Origin: Acidobacteriota bacterium
Lineage (GTDB): Bacteria; Acidobacteriota; Vicinamibacteria; Vicinamibacterales; Fen-181
DNA: 64,000 bases
Assembly (NCBI GenBank): GCA_017883185.1
Contig: JADGOB010000006.1
Span: forward strand, 2,283-66,282
Direction: 5' to 3'
The position numbers and the translations under genes are program-made. Shown piece after piece: positions 17,343 through 26,950 of this stretch. The notes beneath the pieces were generated by a model. It searched no databases and was not told the DNA's origin. It saw nothing but the letters and a program-made list of their open reading frames with translations. The first letter of the stretch is position 1. The number at the start of each line of letters is the position of its first letter.

Positions 17343-17370
17343 GACACGTTTTACGGGAGAGGACCGCGAC

Positions 17371-17772
17371 ATGCAGGGCAGGGTCAACACCCCCACCGCC
17401 TTCGAGGTGAGCCCGGCGCTACCCCGCCAGCAGGTCAACCTCGAGGTGGACCAGGCGCGACAGCGCGAGTTTCGGCGCTGGCTGCTGGTCGGGCTCGTGA
17501 TCATTGTGGCCGCGCTGTTCGACGGGACGCAGCGATATGTCCCGTCCTCGCTCGGGTACCAGCTGGAGCAAGTGCAGCAACAACACGCCCAGGAGGACGC
17601 GATCGCCCGCGCGCTGCGGCTCGATATTGCGATGCTGCGGGCGCTGCCACGCATTGAGGGGCTAGCCACGAACCTTCTGCACATGACTGCTCCCGGGCGC
17701 GGCAATACCATCGTGATCGAGCGAGTTGTTCCGCCCGAGCAACCACCCTCGTCAGTCGTCGCGGCGCGATAG
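17371..17772 (+). CDS. ftsL: cell division protein FtsL-like (single-pass membrane, coiled coil)
   Basis: ORF track, 133 aa. One TM helix (WLLVGLVIIVAALF) followed by a heptad-like region. Canonical position between rsmH and ftsI. Confidence 0.7.
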   Translation: MQGRVNTPTAFEVSPALPRQQVNLEVDQARQREFRRWLLVGLVIIVAALFDGTQRYVPSSLGYQLEQVQQQHAQEDAIARALRLDIAMLRALPRIEGLATNLLHMTAPGRGNTIVIERVVPPEQPPSSVVAAR

Positions 17773-17780
17773 GAGCGATC

Positions 17781-19808
17781 ATGGCTGAGCAACCCGATCC
17801 ACGCAACTGGCGGCTTACCGTGGGCCCCCGCCTGGTCGTGGTCGTCGTCGTGTTCGCGGTCTGTCTGCTTGCCGTGTTCGTCCGCCTTGTCAATCTCCAG
17901 ATCTACCAGCACGACGAACTCCAGGCGAGGAGCGAGCGCCAGCGGACGAGTCTGCTGGAGGAGCCCGCGCAGCGGGGCGACATCGTGGACCGTCACGGCA
18001 GGGTGCTCGCCTCCAGCGTCGAGGTCGACACGGTGGTCGCCGTGCCGAGCAAGCTAGTGAACAAGGAGCAGGTGGTCGCGAGTTTGTGCGACGCGCTCGG
18101 CGACTGCGACGACGCCGAGCGTGTGGCCATGACGAAGCGCCTCAGCCGGAAGAAGTCGTTCGCCAACGTGCGTCACCATGTGAAACCCGAGCAGGCGCGC
18201 CGGGTGGAAGCGCTCGGGATTGACGGCGTCTACTTCGTGAAGGAGCCGCGCCGCTACTATCCCAACCAGGAGCTGGCTGCGGCCGTGCTCGGCTACGTCG
18301 GGATCGAGAACAAGGGCCTGGCCGGGCTCGAGGACACCTACGACTCGAAGCTCCGCGGACGTCCGGGCCTCATGCGGCTGCAACACGACGGCCGCAAGAC
18401 CGGTCGAAAGTCCTTCAGTCGCGTCGGCGATCCGCCCGTGCCCGGGGCCACCATCGAGCTCACGATCGACGCGAACCTGCAGTACATCGCCGAACGGGAA
18501 CTGCGGGCGGGCGTCGAGGAGAACCGGGCGATCGGCGGCAGCGTGGTCATGATGGATTCGACGACCGGCGAGATCTTCGCCCTCGCGAGCGAGCCGTCGT
18601 TCAACGCGAACGACTACGGGCACGTGCCCGCCGAGCATCGGCGCAATCGCGCTGTCCAGGACATCTACGAGCCGGGATCAACCTTCAAGCTCGTCACGGC
18701 ATCGGCCGCGCTCGAAGAGAAGGTGATGAGCCCGACCGACCTGGTCGAGACCGGCGGCGGGTCGATCGCGATTGGGTCCAGGATCATCAAAGAAGCACAG
18801 GGGCACGCGTACGGGACGCTCTCGTTCACCGACGTGATCGTCAAATCGAGCAACGTCGGTGCGATCAAGATCGGGTTCCGCCTTGGGGCGGAACGCCTCG
18901 GTCGCTACGTCGAACGCTTCGGGTTCGGCACGCGCCTGTCGCCCGACTTCCCGGGGGAGAACGCCGGCATCGTGTGGCGGCCGTCGCAGTGGACCGACGG
19001 CGCGCTGGCTTCGGTCTCGATGGGCTACCAGATCGGCGTGACGCCGCTGCAGATGGCGGCCGCCGCGAGCGTCGTGGCCAACGGCGGCGAACTGGTGCAG
19101 CCGCGGGTGGTGCGAGCGGTGATCGACGGCAACCGGCGCGCGGTCGTCCCGCGCAAGGTGATTCGTCGGGTGACCTCGGCGGAAACCGCGGCGGAGCTGA
19201 CCTCCATCATGGAAGCCGTGGTCGATCGCGGGACCGGGAAGAATGGCAAGCTTCTGGACTTCACCGTCGCGGGCAAGACCGGCACCGCGAACAAGGTCCA
19301 GGATGGGCAATACCTGAAGAAGGACTTCAACGTGTCGTTCGTCGGCTTCGTCCCGTCGCGCAAGCCGGCGCTGACGATCCTCGTCCTCATCGACACCCCA
19401 CGCGGCCCGAACAGACCCTTCGGCGGCACCGTGGCGGCGCCGATCTTCCGGCGGATCGCCGACGCCGCGCTCCGTTACATGGCCGTCGCGCCGACCATCA
19501 ACCCGATGCCTCCCGTCCTCGTGGCGCGTCACGACAGCGGCAACGGAATCAAGGTGTCCGGTCCGGTCCTGCCGTTGACGATCATCCCGGCCGTCAGCCC
19601 GTCGTCGACCGGACAGATCGTGCTGCCGGAGTTGCGGGGGCTGAGCGGGCGCGAGGCGCTCCGGGTGCTGGCCCGGCTGGGTATCACGCCGCGCGTGACG
19701 GGCGACGGCGTGGTGACTGAACAGGATCCGCTGCCTGGCGCGGCGCTCGAGGCCGGCGGGTCGTGCCGCCTGGCGCTCGGCCGCCACGCCCCGGGGCTGC
19801 GTCCATGA
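17781..19808 (+). CDS. ftsI: peptidoglycan D,D-transpeptidase FtsI (class B PBP) with a C-terminal PASTA domain
   Basis: ORF track, 675 aa. SxxK (GSTFK), SxN (KSSNVG) and KTG (GKTGTA) motifs. C-terminal LPELRGLSGREALRVLARLGITPRVTGDGVV is PASTA-like. Confidence 0.92.
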   Translation: MAEQPDPRNWRLTVGPRLVVVVVVFAVCLLAVFVRLVNLQIYQHDELQARSERQRTSLLEEPAQRGDIVDRHGRVLASSVEVDTVVAVPSKLVNKEQVVASLCDALGDCDDAERVAMTKRLSRKKSFANVRHHVKPEQARRVEALGIDGVYFVKEPRRYYPNQELAAAVLGYVGIENKGLAGLEDTYDSKLRGRPGLMRLQHDGRKTGRKSFSRVGDPPVPGATIELTIDANLQYIAERELRAGVEENRAIGGSVVMMDSTTGEIFALASEPSFNANDYGHVPAEHRRNRAVQDIYEPGSTFKLVTASAALEEKVMSPTDLVETGGGSIAIGSRIIKEAQGHAYGTLSFTDVIVKSSNVGAIKIGFRLGAERLGRYVERFGFGTRLSPDFPGENAGIVWRPSQWTDGALASVSMGYQIGVTPLQMAAAASVVANGGELVQPRVVRAVIDGNRRAVVPRKVIRRVTSAETAAELTSIMEAVVDRGTGKNGKLLDFTVAGKTGTANKVQDGQYLKKDFNVSFVGFVPSRKPALTILVLIDTPRGPNRPFGGTVAAPIFRRIADAALRYMAVAPTINPMPPVLVARHDSGNGIKVSGPVLPLTIIPAVSPSSTGQIVLPELRGLSGREALRVLARLGITPRVTGDGVVTEQDPLPGAALEAGGSCRLALGRHAPGLRP

Positions 19809-21355
19809 CACTTGCCGACCTGCTGGCGGCACTCGGCGACCTCGCGCCTGACGCGCGCTCGACGCTCGACGCGTCGCTGGCCGAGCGGGTCGTCAAGGCG
19901 GTGGCCTACGACTCGCGCAAGACGGGCCAGGGTTCCCTCTTCGTGGCGCTCAAGGGACAGAAAGCGGACGGCAGCGCGTTCGCGGTGCAGGCGCTCTCGA
20001 AAGGCGCGCTGGCGGTCGTCGCCGAGTCGGAGCGCCCGCGCGACGTGCAGGCGCCGTGGGTCGTCGTGCCCGACGCGCGCCTCGCCATGGCGCGGCTCGC
20101 GGCGGCGTTCTACCGTCATCCTTCCCGCGAACTGAAAGTCGTGGGCATCACCGGCACCAACGGCAAGACCACGACGGCGTACCTGGTCACCGCGCTGTTC
20201 GAGGCCGCGGCCATTCGGTGCGGCATGCTCGGCACTGTCGTCTACCGGATCGGCCTCGAGGACCGCGAGGCGACCCGAACGACGCCGGAGTCGGTGGACG
20301 TGCAGCACATGCTGCGCGAGATGGTGACCCGCGAGTGCGGCGCGTGCGCGATGGAGGTGTCTTCTCACGCGCTTTCGCAGCGGCGCGTGGACGGGACGCG
20401 GTTTGCCGTCGGCGTCTTCACGAACCTGACGCGCGACCACCTCGACTTCCACGGCGACATGGAGTCGTACTTCGCGGCCAAGCGACGCCTGTTCGAGATG
20501 ATGGGCCCTGACGGCGTGGCCGTGCTCAACGTGGACGATCCCCGCGGCTCGACGTTGGGCGGCCTCGCCGGACGGACGCTCACCTACGCCGTCGACCGGC
20601 CGGCTGACATCTCCCCCTCGAAGCTGACGCACTCGATCAGGGGCTTCACCTTCCAGGCCGTGACGCCGGTTGGATCGATCCAGGTGTGCTCGTCGCTGGT
20701 TGGCCGCCCGAACGTGTACAACGTGCTTGCGTCGATCGGCGCGGCGCTGGCGTGCGGTCTCCAGGCTGACGCGATCGAGCGTGGCCTGGCCGGGCTCGAA
20801 GGCGTGCCGGGCCGCTTTCAGGTGGTGTCCGAACCGGGCGACGACATCACCGTCGTCGTCGACTATGCGCACACCGACGACGCGCTGAAGAACCTGCTCG
20901 AAACGGCGCGGCCCCTGGCCACCCAGCGGCTGATTACCGTGTTCGGCGCCGGCGGGGAGCGCGACCGGACCAAGCGCCCGCTGATGGGCGCCGTGGCGGC
21001 GAGGCTCAGCGACCTCGTGATCATCACGTCGGACAACCCGAGAGGCGAGGACCCGACGGAGATCATCGAGGAGATCAAGCGGGGGGTCGCCATGCCGGCC
21101 GAGCGCACGCGAGCGTCAGAGACGCGCGAAGGCCAGCCGAAGTACACGCCGCCGAAGGCCACGGCGCACATGGCGATCGTGGATCGCAAGCTGGCGATCG
21201 AGCGGGCGATCAGCCTCGCGCGTCCCGATGATGTCGTGCTGATCGCCGGGAAGGGCCACGAGAAGTACCAGGTGATCGGCGACCGGGAGATTCCGTTCGA
21301 CGATGTCGCCGTATCGAGGCAGGCGCTGGAGCGAAGGCGCGCGGGTCGTGGGTAG
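19805..21355 (+). CDS. murE: UDP-N-acetylmuramoyl-L-alanyl-D-glutamate--2,6-diaminopimelate ligase MurE
   Basis: Track ORF 19763..21355, trimmed to ATG 19805 (ATGA overlap with the ftsI stop). GITGTNGKTTTAYL P-loop; DNPR motif (SDNPRGEDP). Confidence 0.92.
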   Translation: MTLADLLAALGDLAPDARSTLDASLAERVVKAVAYDSRKTGQGSLFVALKGQKADGSAFAVQALSKGALAVVAESERPRDVQAPWVVVPDARLAMARLAAAFYRHPSRELKVVGITGTNGKTTTAYLVTALFEAAAIRCGMLGTVVYRIGLEDREATRTTPESVDVQHMLREMVTRECGACAMEVSSHALSQRRVDGTRFAVGVFTNLTRDHLDFHGDMESYFAAKRRLFEMMGPDGVAVLNVDDPRGSTLGGLAGRTLTYAVDRPADISPSKLTHSIRGFTFQAVTPVGSIQVCSSLVGRPNVYNVLASIGAALACGLQADAIERGLAGLEGVPGRFQVVSEPGDDITVVVDYAHTDDALKNLLETARPLATQRLITVFGAGGERDRTKRPLMGAVAARLSDLVIITSDNPRGEDPTEIIEEIKRGVAMPAERTRASETREGQPKYTPPKATAHMAIVDRKLAIERAISLARPDDVVLIAGKGHEKYQVIGDREIPFDDVAVSRQALERRRAGRG

Positions 21356-21364
21356 CGAGCACCG

Positions 21365-22768
21365 ATGACGTTGACCGTTGCAGACATCGTCGAGGCCGTC
21401 GGCGGACGGCTCCTTTCCGGTGATGGGAAGGCGGTGGTCCCGGGGCTGTCGATCGACACGCGCACGCTCGAGGCGGGTGATCTCTACATCGCCATCCGCG
21501 GCGAGCGGTTCGACGGTCATGCGTTTGTGGAGGCTGCGCTCGCGGGCGGCGCGTGCGGTGCCGTCGTCAGCCAGCCGGTAGGGCACCTGCCGCCGGTGGT
21601 GGTTTCCGGGCGGGCCTTGATCGTCGTGCCCGACACCACGGGCGCCCTGCAGCGCCTGGCGCGCTGGGTGCGGCGTCAGTCGGGCGCACGCGTCGTGGTC
21701 ATCACGGGAAGTGTGGGCAAGACGACGACGAAGGACGTGACGGCGGCGTTTCTCGGGCTGCGGCATCGGGTGATGCGGTCGTCGGGCAACCTGAACAACC
21801 ACATTGGCCTGCCGCTGTCGCTGCTGGAACTGCGGCACGGGGCCGACGTCGCCGTGGTCGAGCTCGGGATGAACCACGCGGGCGAGATCAGCCGACTCGT
21901 GGCGATCGCCGACCCCGACGTGCGCGTCTGGACCAACGTCGCGGAGGTGCACATCGAGTTCTTCGCGTCGATCGACGCGATTGCCGACGCGAAGGCCGAG
22001 GTGCTCGAGGGGGCGACCGCGACAACGGTCCTCGTCGCGAACGCAGACGACCCTCGGGTGATGAGCCGCGCAGGAGGGTTCCCGGGGCGAGTGCTGACGT
22101 TCGGCACCGCGCCCGGGTCAACCGTCACGGCCTCGGAGGTCGAGGACCTGGGCATCGACGGGATGACTGCGCGGGTGAGCACCGGCGCCGGAAGCGTCCG
22201 CGTTCAGGTGCCGCTGCTCGGCCGGGGCAACCTGCAGAACGTCCTCGCGGCCGTCGCCGTCGCGCAAGAGTTCGGAGTGGGGCTCGCGGACATCGCCGGG
22301 CGAGCGACGACGCTCGGTCCGGCGTCGCATCGGGGCGACGTGATCCGGCTGGGTGGGGGCGTCACCGTTGTCGATGACGCGTACAACTCCAACCCGCGTG
22401 CGCTGCAGGGCGCGCTGGGAGTGATGGCCAGCGAGCGGAGATTCACCCGCCGCGTCGCCGTTCTGGGCGAGATGCTCGAACTGGGCGAACAGGCCGTTTT
22501 GCTGCACGAGGCGTGCGGCCGCACGGCGGCCGCGTCAGGCCTGTCACTGCTGCTGACGGTGGGCGGAGAGCCGGCGCGTGCGATGGGGCGGGCGGCCGTG
22601 CAGGCGGGAATGTCGGAAACGGCGGTCCGGCACGCCGGCTCGAGCGCCGAGGCCGCCGAGATCGCGGCGACCGCGGTCCACGCGGGCGATCTCGTGCTGG
22701 TCAAGGGTTCGCGCGGCATCAGGACCGAGCGCGTCGTCGAGCGATTGGCCACCGCGTTCCCGGTGTAG
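21365..22768 (+). CDS. murF: UDP-N-acetylmuramoyl-tripeptide--D-alanyl-D-alanine ligase MurF
   Basis: ORF track, 467 aa. ITGSVGKTTTKD P-loop; LELGMNHAGEI; DAYNSNP. Confidence 0.92.
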   Translation: MTLTVADIVEAVGGRLLSGDGKAVVPGLSIDTRTLEAGDLYIAIRGERFDGHAFVEAALAGGACGAVVSQPVGHLPPVVVSGRALIVVPDTTGALQRLARWVRRQSGARVVVITGSVGKTTTKDVTAAFLGLRHRVMRSSGNLNNHIGLPLSLLELRHGADVAVVELGMNHAGEISRLVAIADPDVRVWTNVAEVHIEFFASIDAIADAKAEVLEGATATTVLVANADDPRVMSRAGGFPGRVLTFGTAPGSTVTASEVEDLGIDGMTARVSTGAGSVRVQVPLLGRGNLQNVLAAVAVAQEFGVGLADIAGRATTLGPASHRGDVIRLGGGVTVVDDAYNSNPRALQGALGVMASERRFTRRVAVLGEMLELGEQAVLLHEACGRTAAASGLSLLLTVGGEPARAMGRAAVQAGMSETAVRHAGSSAEAAEIAATAVHAGDLVLVKGSRGIRTERVVERLATAFPV

Positions 22769-22782
22769 CGCCGGAAGGCGTC

Positions 22783-22824
22783 GGGGATCGGGGATCAGGG
22801 ATCGGGGATCAGGGATCAGGGATG
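22783..22824 (+). repeat. heptanucleotide tandem array, 6 units (GGGGATC/AGGGATC), ending in the murD ATG
   Basis: Direct read: ggggatc ggggatc agggatc ggggatc agggatc agggATG. It occupies almost the whole murF-murD spacer. Confidence 0.95.
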
Positions 22825-24204
22825 TCCGAGGTTCATGTGACCGGCAAGCGTGTCGTGGTCGTCGGGGCCGCCCGCAGCGGGATTGCCGCCGCCGAGCTGC
22901 TGGCGCGCCGTGGTGCACGCGTGATCCTCGCCGACCGGAAGCCGGAGTTGCCAGACGCCTCGAGACTGCGTGAACTCGGCGTCGAAACCGAGCTCGGTCC
23001 GCACAATCCGAAGACGTTCACGGCGGCAGACCTGATCGTGCTGAGCCCAGGGGTTCCGCTTCGGCAGCCGGTGCTGGTGCGCGCGAGGCGGGCCAGGGTC
23101 CCGATCATCGGCGAGGTGGAGCTGGCATCGCGGATGCTGCGGGGCCGGATCATCGCGATCACCGGCACGAAGGGAAAGTCGACGACGACGACGCTGGTTG
23201 GCCGGATGCTCACGGCCGCCGGGCTGAACGCCTCGGTGGCGGGCAACATCGGCGATCCGCTGGCGGCCAAGGTCGAGGCGTCCACGGACCAGACGATCCA
23301 CGTCGTCGAGGTGAGCAGCTTCCAGCTGGAATCGACCGAGACGTTCCACCCGTGGATCGCCGTGCTATTGAACTTCTCGGCCGATCACCTCGACCGGCAC
23401 GCGAACCTGCGCGAGTACGCCGCTGCCAAGGCGCGCGTCTTCGCCAACCAGGGCGAGTCGGACTGGGCCGTGATCAATGCAGACGATCCCCCGGCGATGC
23501 GGCTCGCCGCCCGGCGCGCGCACGCGCCGAAGCGGCTGTTCGCGCTGGATCGCGCGCTCACCGAGGGCACCGTGCTCGCCGACGGCTGGATCGTGTCGCG
23601 AGTGCCAGGGCAGGCCGACGTGCCCGTGCTGCCCGTGAGCGAGGTGCAGTTGATCGGGCGCCACCTCCTGTCCGACGTCGCGGCGGCCGCCACGGTCGCG
23701 ATGCTCGCGGGCGCGACGCCCGACGCGATCCGCCTCGCGGTTTCGGGCTTCGGCGGACTCGAGCACGCGCTCGAACGTGTGAAAGTGGTGGCGGGCATCC
23801 AGTTCGTCAACGACTCGAAGGCCACCAATGTCGAGTCCGCCCGGCGGGCGATCGAGAGCTTTGACGGACGGCTCGTGCCGATCATCGGCGGGCGTTTCAA
23901 GGGCGGGGATCTTCGCGACCTGCGGCCGGCGCTTGATGGGCGTTCGACGGCAGTCGTCGCGATCGGCGAAGCCCGCGCGGCGGTGCGTGAGGCGCTCGGG
24001 GACCTGGTGGCCGTGATCGAAGCGGGATCGATGGCGGAGGCGGTGCGCGCGGCGTTTGGCGCGGCGCCGCCCGGCGGGACGGTGGTGCTGGCGCCCGCGT
24101 GCGCCAGTTTCGATATGTTCCGTGACTACGCGGAACGGGGACGGATGTTCAAGCAGGAAGTCGAGAGGCTCGCGCAGGAATTCAACGGAACCCGTGAGCC
24201 GTGA
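22822..24204 (+). CDS. murD: UDP-N-acetylmuramoylalanine--D-glutamate ligase MurD
   Basis: Track ORF 22513..24204, trimmed to ATG 22822 (MSEVHVTGKRVVVVGAARSGIAAAELL...). GTKGKSTTT P-loop. The upstream extension overlaps murF and is Arg/Gly-rich. Confidence 0.92.
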   Translation: MSEVHVTGKRVVVVGAARSGIAAAELLARRGARVILADRKPELPDASRLRELGVETELGPHNPKTFTAADLIVLSPGVPLRQPVLVRARRARVPIIGEVELASRMLRGRIIAITGTKGKSTTTTLVGRMLTAAGLNASVAGNIGDPLAAKVEASTDQTIHVVEVSSFQLESTETFHPWIAVLLNFSADHLDRHANLREYAAAKARVFANQGESDWAVINADDPPAMRLAARRAHAPKRLFALDRALTEGTVLADGWIVSRVPGQADVPVLPVSEVQLIGRHLLSDVAAAATVAMLAGATPDAIRLAVSGFGGLEHALERVKVVAGIQFVNDSKATNVESARRAIESFDGRLVPIIGGRFKGGDLRDLRPALDGRSTAVVAIGEARAAVREALGDLVAVIEAGSMAEAVRAAFGAAPPGGTVVLAPACASFDMFRDYAERGRMFKQEVERLAQEFNGTREP

Positions 24205-24319
24205 GCAGTCGTCAGTCGGCACGCGCGATTGGGAGTTGACCGCTGGGAACGCAGGCTGCCCCGGTCTGCGAGGTCGGTGTCCCAATCCCGGCTGGCTGAT
24301 GACTGTTCACTGCTCACGG
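24194..24319. repeat. nested imperfect inverted repeat built from heptamer units (murD-ftsW spacer)
   Basis: Outer arms ccgtgagcagtCGTcagtc (24199-24217) and gactgTTCactgctcacgg (24301-24319): 16 of 19 positions complementary. Inner arms gattggga (24228-24235) and tcccaatc (24280-24287). The arms read as 7-mers gtgagcc gtgagca gtcgtca gtcggca and tgatgac tgttcac tgctcac. Confidence 0.85.
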
Positions 24320-24403
24320 TGTTCCGTCCTGCAGAGGTTATTTCGGGTCGACGTGCCGTAAAGTTTAGGCCCGGGCGCAGCAGGACGGCAAGGAAGGCGA
24401 ACG

Positions 24404-25504
24404 ATGGCGCGCAAGCTCAAATCCGACGCGGTGCTGTTCAGCACCACCCTGGTGCTGCTCGTCATCAGTATGGCCTGGGTCTACGGCGCGTCGGTCACGT
24501 TCGCGACGGAGATAAAGCACGACCCGAGCCACTTCGTGATCCGGCAGGGCATGTGGGTGGCGCTCGGGATGGTCGGGCTGATGGTCGCCATGAAGCTCGA
24601 CTACCGCCTGTTCCGCAATCGCACCTTGCTGCTATGGATAGCGGGAGCGACCGCCGTCGCACTCGTGGCGGTCCTGTTCAGTCGCCCGGTGAACAACTCG
24701 ACTCGATGGCTGGGATTAGGCGGCCTCGGCGTCCAGCCGGCCGAATTCGCCAAGTTGGTTGCCATCTTTTTCGTCGCCACCGTGCTCGAACGGAGGCTGG
24801 AGCAGCAGGAACCCCTGGAGCCCGGGCTGTTCCAGGCGGGCGTGCTGCTGACCGTCTTCGCGGGGTTGATCATGATTGAGCCCGACTTCGGCACCGGGCT
24901 CGTGCTGCTGGCGGCGGCGGGCACGATGATCTTCGTCGCGGGCCTCGCGTATCGATGGGTGCTGACTGCGGTTCTCGTGCTGCCGTGGCCGCTCATCGCG
25001 ATCATGCTGTACGAGCCGTACCGGCTGCGGCGGTGGCTCGCGTTCCTGAACCCTTATGATGACCCGCTTGACAGTGGCTACCAGACGCTCCAGTCGCTGA
25101 TCGCGGTCGGCACGGGCCACGTGTGGGGCAAAGGGTTCACGATGAGCGTGCAGAAGATGTTCTACCTGCCGGAGGCGCACAGTGACTACATCTTCGCGGT
25201 CATCGCCGAGGAGACGGGCCTGGTCGGCGCGACAGTGGTGCTTGCGTGCTTTGGCCTCATCGTGTGGCGCGGTCTGCGGGTGGCGCGGCGCGCGCCCGAC
25301 GCGTTCGGGTCGCTCCTTGCGGTCGGCATCACCGCCCTGATCGGCATCCAGGCCATGGTGAACCTGGGGGTCGTGGTCGGGATCCTGCCGTCGAAGGGGA
25401 TCCCGCTGCCGTTCGTGAGCGCCGGCGGCTCATCGATGATTGTCAGCCTGGTGGCGATGGGCGTGCTGTTGAATATCTCGCAACAGGCATCGGCGACGGA
25501 GTAA
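24404..25504 (+). CDS. ftsW: peptidoglycan glycosyltransferase / lipid II flippase-family protein FtsW (SEDS)
   Basis: ORF track, 366 aa polytopic membrane protein. SEDS motifs: PAEFAKL, LPEAHSDYIFAVI, LPSKGIPLPFVSAGGSS. Confidence 0.92.
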   Translation: MARKLKSDAVLFSTTLVLLVISMAWVYGASVTFATEIKHDPSHFVIRQGMWVALGMVGLMVAMKLDYRLFRNRTLLLWIAGATAVALVAVLFSRPVNNSTRWLGLGGLGVQPAEFAKLVAIFFVATVLERRLEQQEPLEPGLFQAGVLLTVFAGLIMIEPDFGTGLVLLAAAGTMIFVAGLAYRWVLTAVLVLPWPLIAIMLYEPYRLRRWLAFLNPYDDPLDSGYQTLQSLIAVGTGHVWGKGFTMSVQKMFYLPEAHSDYIFAVIAEETGLVGATVVLACFGLIVWRGLRVARRAPDAFGSLLAVGITALIGIQAMVNLGVVVGILPSKGIPLPFVSAGGSSMIVSLVAMGVLLNISQQASATE

Positions 25505-25507
25505 CGC

Positions 25508-26923
25508 GTGCTGGGACGTACCCGGAGAGTGCATTTCGTCGGTATTGGCGGCAGCGGCATGAGCGGTATCGCCGAGTTGCTCGCGAACCTCGACTACGCG
25601 GTGAGCGGGTCCGATGCCCGGCTGTCGCCGGTGACTGCGCACCTGGCCTCTCTCGGCGTCCGCGTCGAGGAGGGGCACGATGCCAGCCACGTCGGCGATG
25701 CGGACGTCGTCGTCTACTCGTCCGCGGTGCGCCCGACGAACCCGGAGATCGTCGAGGCCACGCGGCGCCGCATCCCGGTGATCCCCCGCGCCGAGATGCT
25801 GGCGGAGTTGATGCGGCTGAAGTACAGCGTCGCGGTGGCCGGGGCACACGGCAAGACCACCACCACCTCGATGATCGCTCTCGTGCTGGAACGGGGCGGC
25901 CTCGACCCGACGGCGGTGATCGGGGGGCGCCTGAGCGCGTTCGGCAGCAGCGCTCGGCTGGGCCGCGGCGACTTCATGGTGGTGGAGGCTGACGAAAGCG
26001 ACCGCTCGTTCCTGAAGCTCACGCCGTCGGTGGCCGTCGTCACCAACATCGACCAGGAGCACCTGGAGAGCTACCGCGACTTCGAGGACCTACAGCAGGC
26101 CTTCGTCGCGTTCGCCAACAAGGTGCCGTTCTACGGGACGATCGTCGCGTGCGCCGACGATGGGTACCTGCGGCAGTTGCTGCCGGCTATGACGCGGCGC
26201 GTCATCACGTACGGCCTCGACGCGCCGGACACGCACTACCGCGGCGTCGAGGTGCGCGGCGTCGGGTTCGACTGGCGCTGCACGGTCGTTCGCGACCTGC
26301 GCCAGATCAGCCGCGGCGAGGGGGCCGGGCCGGTCACGCTCGGCGAGATCGTGCTGCACGTGCCCGGTCGCCACAACCTCCAGAACGCGCTGGCCGCCGT
26401 CGCCGTCGGCCTCGAGCTCGACGTGCCGTTCGATCGCATCGCCGCCGCGCTCGACGAGTTCCGGGGCGCCGAACGGCGGTTCGAGGATCACGGCGTTGCC
26501 GGCGGCGTTCGGGTCATCGAGGACTACGGGCACCATCCCACTGAGATTGCCGCGGTGATCGGCGCCGCGAAAGCGGCCCTTGAAGGCCGCCTGCTCGTGG
26601 TGTTCCAGCCCCATCGATACTCGCGCACGCGTCGACTGCTCGATCGATTCGGGCCGGCCCTGGCTGGCGCGGACATGGTGGTGCTGACCGACATCTACGC
26701 GGCGGGCGAGGACCCCGAGCCGGGTGTCACCGTGGAGGCGCTGGCCGACGAGATCCGCCGCCACCTCCAGGCGCCGCTGCTCGTGGTGAAGGACATCAAG
26801 GACGTGCCGTTGGCGGTCTCGCGGCTGGCGACGCCTGGCGATGTGATCCTCACGCTCGGGGCGGGATCGATCGGGGCGGCGTCGGACGAGATCCTGAACG
26901 AGCTGGGGAAGACAGCGAAATGA
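25508..26923 (+). CDS. murC: UDP-N-acetylmuramate--L-alanine ligase MurC
   Basis: ORF track, 471 aa, GTG start 3 nt after the ftsW stop. VHFVGIGGSGMSGIAELL, AGAHGKTTTTSM, DYGHHPTEI. Confidence 0.92.
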   Translation: MLGRTRRVHFVGIGGSGMSGIAELLANLDYAVSGSDARLSPVTAHLASLGVRVEEGHDASHVGDADVVVYSSAVRPTNPEIVEATRRRIPVIPRAEMLAELMRLKYSVAVAGAHGKTTTTSMIALVLERGGLDPTAVIGGRLSAFGSSARLGRGDFMVVEADESDRSFLKLTPSVAVVTNIDQEHLESYRDFEDLQQAFVAFANKVPFYGTIVACADDGYLRQLLPAMTRRVITYGLDAPDTHYRGVEVRGVGFDWRCTVVRDLRQISRGEGAGPVTLGEIVLHVPGRHNLQNALAAVAVGLELDVPFDRIAAALDEFRGAERRFEDHGVAGGVRVIEDYGHHPTEIAAVIGAAKAALEGRLLVVFQPHRYSRTRRLLDRFGPALAGADMVVLTDIYAAGEDPEPGVTVEALADEIRRHLQAPLLVVKDIKDVPLAVSRLATPGDVILTLGAGSIGAASDEILNELGKTAK

Positions 26924-26950
26924 CGTCTTGGGACTGATGGATCCATCAAC

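Noticed and set aside
22513-22821. N-terminal extension of the murD ORF, considered as a possible mraY remnant or fusion
   Set aside because: The translation (MRPHGGRVRPVTAADGGRRAGA...) overlaps murF out of frame, is Arg/Gly-rich, and has no hydrophobic helices or MraY motifs. The ATG at 22822 gives a canonical MurD N-terminus.
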